Below, one piece after another: positions 14,501 through 22,757 of a DNA stretch of 64,000 bases. Source of the DNA: Malacoraja senta (Eukaryota). Positions within the stretch are counted from its first letter, which is position 1. Each line of letters begins with the position of its first letter. The notes under the pieces are model-generated. The model was not told the origin of the DNA, did not search any database, and worked only from the letters and a program-made list of their open reading frames with translations. The DNA is taken from assembly GCA_038087875.1 (NCBI GenBank), contig CM075992.1, forward strand, positions 5,644,001 to 5,708,000, written 5' to 3'. Position numbers and translations under genes: made by a program.

Positions 14501-16332
14501 ACTCTTGATTAGTACGAGTGTCAGGGGTTCTGGGGCGAAGACAGGAGAACAGGGTTGGGAGGAAAAGATAGATTAGCCATGATTGAATGGCAGATTAAAA
14601 CTTCATGGGCTGAATGGCCTAATTCTGCTCCTAGAACTTATGACAGGGCAAGCCGAAGGGCAAGTTTCTTTGCAATTATTGCACCCTGTTTGCATGGCAT
14701 TGATTCTCAAAGCCCAAGACTGACCCTCTGCTCATTCCCTAAACCAACCACCCACCCCTCATCCTCCTCACACCTTGTGCCGACCACCCACCCCACTCCG
14801 ACCAACCCTCAACTTCCCCTTGCACCCACCCACCAATCCCCCTCCCCAAACGAAATGTTCATGCATGTGGTACACCCGTCAAAGAGAATGCCTCCAAGTC
14901 CTTGGTCAGGCCCAAATAGGAGTATTGTGGAGCCATATGGGATCCTTTCAACAACAACAAGATCACCCTGGGGAAAGTACAACGCCAAACAGCCCACTTT
15001 GTATGTAATGACTACAAGCGCAATCAAGCGTGAATAATATGCTGACTTCTCTCGGATGGGATACCCTAGAGCTCCGCAGAATCTGGCTAAGACTTATTGC
15101 AATTTACAAGGAGATTCACAAAATCACGCCATCAAATCTCCCACTTTCCCAGAGCACCAGCTGCCATGAAACAAGACAAAATAACAGTCCCTACATCATC
15201 AACTCGCCAAATATCAATCAACTTTGCTACCAATATTCCCTTTACCCAAGGATGATAAGGGAATGGAATATGTTACCACCCAACACACGTGCTGCTCCCG
15301 ATGTTAAGTCATTTAAAAAGGGGATTGAGCAACTGGATCTCCTCAACTTGGTCAAAAAGGCCCACCAACATTTAATCGCGACTCTACTCACTCCTACCTG
15401 CGGGAGATAACCACTGAAGAGGTGTTTGCGCTGTAATCAACCAGAACCAGAACTGACCACCCATCCCTCAGTCTACCCTGCACACCCCCCACCCACCCCC
15501 CCCATTCCCTCCACCCCCCTCCTCCAATTCCCTCCACCCACCCCCCCATTCCCTGCACTGACCACCCACCCACCCTTGACCACCCACCCCTTCCTTCACC
15601 CACCAACCACCCCCTGTAATGAGTCGACCCACCCACTTTCCCCCCATTCCCTGCACTGACCACCCCCCTCCCTTGACCACCCACTCCCCCATTCCCTCCA
15701 CCCCCACCTCCTCCAATTCCCTCCACCCACCCCGCCCCATTCCCTGCACTGACCACCCCCCTCCCTTGACCACCCACTCCCCCATTCCCTCCACCCCCAC
15801 CTCCTCCAATTCCCTCCACCCACCCCCCTCCCCCATTCCCTGCACTGACCACACCCCCCCTCCCTTGACCACCCACTCCCCCATTCCCGCCACCCACCCA
15901 CTCCCCACCCATAACTCACCCTCTCCACCCATCCCCCCCCCCCTGCAATGAGTCGACCCACCACCTCCCCCCCTTCCCCGCACCAACCCACCCACCTACC
16001 CCCCGCCCTCCCCTCCCCTCCCCTCCCGCAGGAGCCGGGCGCTTTACCCGGTACATGCCGCAGGTGCTCTGCGGGTCGTCGAAGGGGACGAGGCGCTCGT
16101 CGCAGAAGCCGAGGATCCAGCGCTGGCTGTCGGCGCCGGGCGTCCGCGACTCGCGCTCCAGGGCGGCGGGCAGCTCGGCCGCCAACATCGGCACCAGCCC
16201 GCCGCCCGACACGGCCACGGCGAAGCGGCCGCGACTCTGCACCGCCTGGCTGGCGGCGCCCACCACAAATGTACCCAGGGCCGGGCCCAGCTCTTTGGGC
16301 GACGGGAAGACGCGGACCCGGGGAGACAACAT
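8368..16332 (-). CDS. PGLS: 6-phosphogluconolactonase, complete 5-exon CDS (16332-16048, 13747-13640, 12007-11906, 11084-10944, 8502-8368), 256 aa
   Basis: All introns are GT-AG and phase 0. Motifs [51 protein letters not shown] and HWFIDEAAA are diagnostic of 6PGL. Confidence 0.97.
9500..9778 (-). mobile_element. Penelope-like 3' terminal fragment
   Basis: Reverse complement of 51960-52237. Confidence 0.85.
10944..11084 (-). CDS. PGLS: PGLS exon 4 ([25 protein letters not shown]...ASILK)
   Basis: DSPKPPP-RIT motif; cag/gtaaga boundaries. Confidence 0.96.
11906..12007 (-). CDS. PGLS: PGLS exon 3 ([34 protein letters not shown])
   Basis: GPDGHT catalytic motif; cag/gtagca boundaries. Confidence 0.96.
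13640..13747 (-). CDS. PGLS: PGLS exon 2 ([36 protein letters not shown])
   Basis: cag acceptor, gtacag donor, 36 codons; not in ORF track, translated by hand. Confidence 0.93.
14870..15455 (+). mobile_element. Decayed 3' end of a non-LTR retrotransposon ORF2, divergent from the local CR1 family
   Basis: Broken frames read [58 protein letters not shown]; (ccagaa) tail. Confidence 0.7.
15455..16030. repeat. C-rich (G-rich on the transcribed strand) minisatellite, unit about 93-98 bp, in PGLS intron 1
   Basis: attccctgcactgacc recurs at 15548, 15646, 15739 and 15835. Confidence 0.85.
16048..16332 (-). CDS. PGLS: PGLS exon 1 (MLSPRVRVF...STCGMYR)
   Basis: Kozak-like GCAGCCATG, 95 codons, gtaaag donor; GC/CpG-rich. 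Confidence 0.95.
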
Positions 16333-16740
16333 GGCTGCTCCGGCTGGGGGAATGTCCCGCCCCCGTCGCCTCATTGGCCGGGACCTCGTCCAACCCGCAC
16401 TTGATTGCCCCATTCCAACGTCAATCTCCCGTCTAAAACCCGCCCCCCTGGCCCTGACGACCGGATATGTAATGTGATTGGTGCCTGGATGTGAACGGCC
16501 CCGCCCTTGGATTATCTCCGATTGGTTAAAACTAACGTCTATCATTCCTGTCTGCTTAGTGATTGGTTCATCAACACATCAGTCACAATGACTTGACAAC
16601 CCGCCGTTCGGCCCCGCCCTTCGATTATCTCCGATTGGTTAAAACTAACGTCTATCATTCCTGTCTGCTTAGTGATTGGTTCATCAACACAGCAGTCACA
16701 ATGACTCGACAACCCGCCGTTCGGCCCGTCTATTGGGAAA
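16333..16740 (-). promoter_or_regulatory. PGLS promoter: CpG-rich, multiple CCAAT (ATTGG) and GC boxes, with a 113-bp tandem duplication
   Basis: ATTGG at several positions between 16373 and 16737; CCCGCCC boxes; repeat unit starts at 16496 and 16609 and ends near 16722. Confidence 0.8.
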
Positions 16741-17739
16741 GACTATCCCTCCAATGCAACAAGATCAAGATTTCCAACTTGGCCAGATCAGGAAAGTCAT
16801 CTTTGTGACCTAGGAGGTGTATTTTTTGTGTAAGTGTGTAAGAAAGTATGAAGGAACTGTCAACACAAAATGCTGGAGTAACTCATTATTGAGGATGTCT
16901 ACTCGTTTTCAAGAGTGTTTAATTGTCAATGAAATTATGAGCAATGAAATCACGTGCAGCAGCATACCCAGTTTGTACACACAATACTCAATAAATAACA
17001 TATACATACAATACATAATAAATAAATCCCAATATTAGTGCAGATTAAAACGCAGGTCCCTTGTGCAACTAAGACATTTTGTAGTTTGAAGTTTAGTCAG
17101 CGGTTGTCGTGTTTGATAGCCTAATGGTTGTTGGGAAGAAGCTGTTTCTGTACTTAGTGGTCACGGTTTTCAGGCTCCTTTACCTTCTTCCTGGTGGCGT
17201 GAGTGAAATGGCCAGGGTGGTGCGAGAATTTGATGATCCTGGCTGCCTTTTTAAGGCAGTACATCCTATAGAGATCCCTTTACTGAAGGAGCTGAATATT
17301 GGGCTGAGGACATTGCTGAAGAAGTTGCTTAATCTAATATCAAAAACTATTAAATGTGACTTCCTGCAATTCTGTCAAGGACCAGAGTGATGGAATCCTG
17401 AAACAATCGCCATCTTCATTTGCGCATAGAAACAGGTGTTTTCCAGCCCACCTTATCCATGCCAACGTTTGCCTATCTATGCTAATCCCATTGGCCTACA
17501 TTAGAACAATATCTTTCTACACCGTTCTTATCTCGGTAGCTGTCCACATGCTTTTTAAACATTGCAACAGTGGCTGTCTTCATGAACAGATTTTCACAGC
17601 TGTTCTCAGGCAACAGAATCATCCTCTCACCAGAGTGCAGTCCTGACTATTTATCTCATTAGAGACCTTTGAATTATCTTTTAACAAAACTTTATTTTGC
17701 ACTAAATGTTGTACCCTTTATCGTGGTTCAAGTGGAAGG

Positions 17740-17850
17740 TTATAGCTCTTTTCAGTGGCGCTTGAAAGAGCCTTTGTTGGACTGAATAAGATGGAGGTTT
17801 TGGGGCACTCGAGAACTATGGAGCCTCAGAGGTCTAAATAAATCTAGATT
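17740..17850 (-). pseudogene. Histone H3 pseudogene remnant, copy A (essentially only the 3' stem-loop/HDE)
   Basis: Minus strand reads CCAACAAA-GGCTCT TTCA AGCGCC-ACTGAAAAGAGCT (stem at 17757-17772); same 3' end as copies B-D. Confidence 0.55.
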
Positions 17851-18327
17851 TGTCGAGATTGCCAGACTGAGGAACACACACAACCACATAATTGGTGAAT
17901 GATAGTGCAGGCTCAGAGTAAAAAATAATACCATCTGAAGAAGGGTCTCGACCCAAAACGTCACCTATTCCTTCGCTCCAGAGATGCTGCCTCACCCGCT
18001 GAGTTTCTCCAGCATTTTTGTCTACCTACCATTACCAATATATCATTCTGGTTATTTTGAAGACTAAATCCTTGTTTAAACTGTTTTTTGGCAGATCACA
18101 GTTCTTTGGCACAACCAGTTGTACGTATTTGACTTAATTTAATTCATATGAATGGAATGATTTGACGGAATAGCGTGCAATGTTTCACTGTATCTCGATA
18201 CATGAGACAATAATCAACCAGTACTTTAATTTTTTTCCCCTGTATCTCATCACACCCGCCAATAATAAACTGCTACCCAATTGTAAGAATGAAGAAAGCC
18301 AAACAGACGGAGACTCAGGTATAAGGT

Positions 18328-18603
18328 TATAGCTCTTTAAAATGGCTTTTATAAGAGCCTTTGTTGGAATGGGGATGGAGGGAGGTTGTAGGTGCTCTGC
18401 CCGCAGATGAGGCAGGCCAGCTGGATGTCCTCGAGATGACGGTAACATCTCGACATGGATGGTCCACAGGTTGGTATCTTCAGGGTCCGGCCACCATAAG
18501 CCTCGCCGTCCTCCAGTAGAAACCCGAGGGCCAAACTCTAGAAAGCCAGGTCCTGAAGGATGCCCCACACCATACGCTGATCTATGGTAACGCATCTCCC
18601 TCA
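18328..18603 (-). pseudogene. Histone H3 pseudogene, copy B
   Basis: Frameshifted pieces LREMRYH, EDGEAY, EDTNLWTIHV and EDIQLACLICGQST match H3 LREIRRYQ, EASEAY, EDTNLCAIHA and KDIQLARRIRGERA; stem-loop at 18344-18359 followed by AAAGAGCT. Confidence 0.85.
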
Positions 18604-19269
18604 GATAGGCTCATCTCGTTTTTACACCTTACCCTTCCTTATCTCTGTCTCCCTCTCCCGACTCTCAGTCTGAAGAAGGGTCTCGACCCAAAACGTCGGC
18701 CATTCCTTCTCTCCAGAGATGCTGCTTGTCCCGCTGAGTTACTCTAGCATTTTGTGGCTATTTTCCGTGTCAACCAGCATCTGCAGTTCCTTCCTACTCA
18801 TCTCCCTCAGAGCCTGGCCATCATAAGCCCAATAATCGTGCAGTCTTGGGCAGAAGTAAAAAATAAATCTATATTTATAAATATTGAGAATGTCAACGGA
18901 TATAGGGATAGCCGGACTGAGTTACAGACTCGACCACAAGGCTGATGAATGGAAGTGTAGGCTCAGGGAGTCAAAGAGCCAACCATTACCAATCAACTAT
19001 TTTAATTACATTTAAAGACGAAATCCTCGTTTAAACTTTTTTTCTGCTCCCGCACATTTCCAATACACCGATCGCAGTACTTAGGCACTTCCAGATGGAA
19101 TTATGTATAACGTGATTATACTGTACTCATGCATATAGAATGTGTTAACTGGATAGTATGCAGTTTTCACTGTATCGAGGTAGATGTGACAATGATTAAT
19201 CCATACAAATATTTAAACAGTGAAGAAAGCCAAACAATGACAAATAAATAAAGGGTTTAGGCGGAACGT

Positions 19270-21840
19270 TATAGCTCTTTTCAATGGCTCTTGAAAGAGC
19301 ATTTGTTGGACTGTAGGTGAAAGAAGTTTTGAGGCCCTCTCCCGCGAATGTCTTCGGGGACGATGGTAACATATGGATGGCCAACTTGTATCCCGGGCCT
19401 TGCTGTCCTCCTGTAGCGCAGATCCGTCTCACAAACCATCTCAATTCCACCTTGTCTACCTCCCTTAACACTCTGGCTCCCCTCAAAACAAGAACCGTTA
19501 CTTTTAATAAATCTTCACCCTGGTACACACCTGCACTTCGTAAGCTAAAACAGACTGGTCGCCGACTTGAACGACTCATAAAGAAATCACCTCTCACAGT
19601 CCACCATGAAGCTTACAAACTCCACCTCACTGCCTACAAAGATGCCCTCATTGCTGCTAAATCTGCCTACCTCTCCTCCATATTCACCGACCCCTGCCTA
19701 AACCACAGAACCCTCTTCTCCAGTGTGCAACCTCCTCAAGCCTCGAGCCAACACTCTCCCTACCTCCACTCCGGATCTCTGCAACTCATTCCTCCACTTT
19801 TTTGCTGACAAAATCAGCACCATCTATCAATCTTTATCCCCTGTACCCGACTCCCCAGCATCTACTCCACCACCTACCAAGGCCCCTCCTTTCAACATCT
19901 CCGCTGACCTCCTTACCCCTCCTCCTCACTGCTTCCTCTCCCAGTTTGACCCGGTCACCCCTACTGAAATCTCCAAACTCATCAGCTCTTCCAAACCCAC
20001 TACCTGCTCCCTCGACCCTCTCCCCACTTCCCTGCTGAAGTCCTGCCTCCCCGCTCTCTGCCCCTACCTCACTAATCTCTTCAACTCCTCATTGTCCCAA
20101 GGAATTGTCCCCTCTGCTTTCAAAACTGCTGCTGTCACACCAATCTTAAAGAAACCTGGTCTTGATCCCTCCTCTTGAGATCCCTACCGCCCTATCTCAA
20201 ACATCCCCTTTCTTTCAAAAACCCTGGAGCGTATCGTCGCGTCACAACTTCATTCCCACCTCCTCGCGTACAACCTATACGAACCCCTCCAATCTGGCTT
20301 TCGCCCCCTCCATAGCACAGAAACTGCTCTCCTCAAAGTCCTCAATGACCTCCTTACCTCTGCTGACACTGGCTCCCTCAATATCCTCATCCTCCTTGAC
20401 CTGAGTGCAGCCTTCGATACCGTGAACCATAACATCCTGCTCACCAGACTTAGGGACCTTGGCATTGAAGGTTCTGCACTCAGCTGGCTCCGTTCCTACC
20501 TTTCCAACTGATCCCACTTCATCTCTCTCCATAACCACACCTCTGCCACAGCCACTGTCACTCAAGGCGTTCCCCAAGGCTCCGTTCTTGGTCCCCTCCT
20601 CTTCATCATCTACATCCTCGCCCTTGGTCATATACTCCGTCACTTCAACCTGGACTTCCATTGCTATGCTGATGACACCCAGATCTATCTCAGCACCAAG
20701 TCCCCCCACCACCCCCCTCTCTCCTATATCAACTCCTGCCTGTCAGCCATCAAATCTTGGATGCAACTCAACTTCCTTAAATTAAACAGTAACAAAACAG
20801 AATTTCTCCTCATTGGATCCAAATCAACACTCACTAAAATTAACAACCCCACTCTCACTATTGGCGGCACCACTGTCTCCCCATCTCCTCAGGCCCGCAA
20901 CCTTGGCGTGATCTTTGACTCAACCCTCTCCCTTGAGCCTCACATCCGCCATGTTGTCAAAACATCATTTTTTCACCTCCGCAACATTGCCAAAATCAGA
21001 TCCTCTCTCACCCCCCCCCCCCCCCGCTGCTGAAAGACTCATCCATGCCTTCATCTCCTCCCGACTGGACTACTGCAACTCTCTTCTCTTTGGCATTAAT
21101 TCCAGCAACATCAACCGACTCCAACTGGTCCAGAATGCAGCCGCCCGACTCATCACCCACACCAAATCCTGGCACCACATCACCCCAGTTCTCAAAGAAC
21201 TTCACTGGCTTCCCATTTCCCACCGGATCATCTACAAAATCCTGGTCCTCACCTACAAAGACCTCAACCACTTGGCCCCCCCTTATCTCACTGACCTCCT
21301 CTCCACCTACCAACCCTCACGGTCCCTCAGATCCACATCAGCTGGTCTCCTCTCCACTCCGAAACCAAACCTCTGCACTTTTGGAGGCAGAGCCTTCTCC
21401 AGGGCAGCTCCCAGGCTCTGGAATTCCCTCCCACAACTGATCCGAAATTCTGAGTCCCTCACCATCTTCCAGTCCCGCCTAAAGACCCATCTCTTCACCT
21501 CTGCATACCCTTAGTCCAATGTCCCCCTCCCCTTTGCATCTCTGTCTTACTGCTCTATTTTTTGTTTTTTTTTGTTGACTCTCAATGTAAAGCGACTTTG
21601 AGTCCTTGAAAAGCGCTATATAAATAAAATGTATTATTATTAGTATCCGTCCATCCCCGCATCGGACGCCGTGAGGATGGATGTCTCTCTCTCCCAAGCA
21701 GATCCACCGCAGGTAGCGAGTCTCCCTCCCGCCTCTCATGCCGTCACCAATGGGTTGGCCTTCACTCCGGCCAACTTGCCCACCGCCCGCCTTTGTTGCT
21801 GACAGGGACCTGGTAGACGCGGGCAAATCTCTCGCACTTT
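19270..21840 (-). pseudogene. Histone H3 pseudogene, copy C, interrupted by an L2 LINE (H3-like parts at 19270-19430 and, more weakly, 21645-21840)
   Basis: ETDLRY, QEDSKA, AIH..VTIVPEDI..RG match the H3 C-terminal half; stem-loop 19286-19301 plus HDE; ATKAG/GVK..PH/RE..RY traces beyond the L2 tail. Confidence 0.7.
19431..21643 (+). mobile_element. 5'-truncated L2-clade LINE (RT domain, several stops and frameshifts)
   Basis: SPWYTP, LDPLPT, FKTAAVTPILKKPGLD, QSGFR..HSTETAL, LLDLSAAFDTV, GVPQGSVLGP, YADDTQIY, HITPVL..LHWLP, LKTHLF; tail ataaataaaatgta(tta)n. Confidence 0.93.
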
Positions 21841-22368
21841 CAATACCTCCCTTCCATCGTATCCTACACTTTTACACCAAGCTATTATTTTAAACTCGAA
21901 ACGGTGAACCTTTATAGTTCTTTACCCGAGTATTGTACCGTGGATTGACGCAAAAAGCTGGAGTAACGCAGCAGGACAGACAGCATTCTTCAGACTCATT
22001 CTACCACGGTCCTTTTTGAAGATATTAAGAGCAAAGAATATGTTGATAGTTAGACTGAGACACAACTCAGCCACAAGTCTGGTGAATGACTGTGCAGGCT
22101 CAAGGAGTCAAAACAACCCATTTCCAATAAGCCATTCTAGTTATCTTGAAGACTAAATCATTGTTTGACTGTTGTTTTGCTCCCGCGCATTTCTCATACG
22201 CGAGATTGCCTATTGTACGTGTTGTGTATGGTTTGATTGTATTCGTGTAGATAATACACAAACAGAACTCTTTATGGCGTCTCGGTACGCGTGACAATAA
22301 TAAATTAATATTACAACAATGAAGAAAGGCAGACTGACAAGAAAGATGAGGAATCGGGAGAAAGGTCG

Positions 22369-22620
22369 CAGCTCTTTTCAGTGGCTCTTGAAAGAGCCTT
22401 TGTTGGGCTGAAGACGAGGGGCGGTTTGAGGCGATCTCCCCGCGGGTGAAGCGGGCTTGCCTTTGGAGATGATGGTAGCACCTCGACACGGTCGGTATCT
22501 TGGGCAACGCAAGCCGCGCTGACCTCTTGACCGTTCCATGAGAGCCACTGTGCGGGGTCGATGTCCCTCACGCCACCCATATCAAGTTACACCTTTTACA
22601 GGGACTCTCGCTCCGGCAAT
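22369..22620 (-). pseudogene. Histone H3 pseudogene, copy D, with large internal deletions
   Basis: GGVR..HRPRTVAL (H3 GGVKKPHRYRPGTVAL), QEVSAACVAQDTD (QEASEAYLV..EDTN), ARFTRGEIA (ARRIRGERA); perfect stem GGCTCT-TTCA-AGAGCC at 22383-22398 plus GAAAAGAGCTG. Confidence 0.85.
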
Positions 22621-22713
22621 GCTACCTTCCACTCACCGAGACCAACACGACAGACTGTGGCAGCAAAGATCCTATAGCGAGGATCTTTGTGTGCCAGGGT
22701 CTTCGTCCATCCG

Positions 22714-22757
22714 TTTTTATAAGCAGCGGGAAAGCCCGCCCCCAAAGTTGATTGGCT
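22714..22757 (-). promoter_or_regulatory. Histone-type core promoter (CCAAT - GC box - TATAAA) upstream of H3 pseudogene D
   Basis: Minus strand: CCAAT 22755-22751, GGGGCGGG 22742-22735, TATAAA 22721-22716. Confidence 0.7.

Noticed and set aside
15394..16010. Long Gly-rich and Pro/His-rich ORFs
   Set aside because: Translations of the C/G-rich minisatellite in PGLS intron 1; no coding signature.
18185..22580. Intact histone gene or novel H3 variant
   Set aside because: H3 similarity is spread over several frames with deletions; no copy has a continuous ORF.
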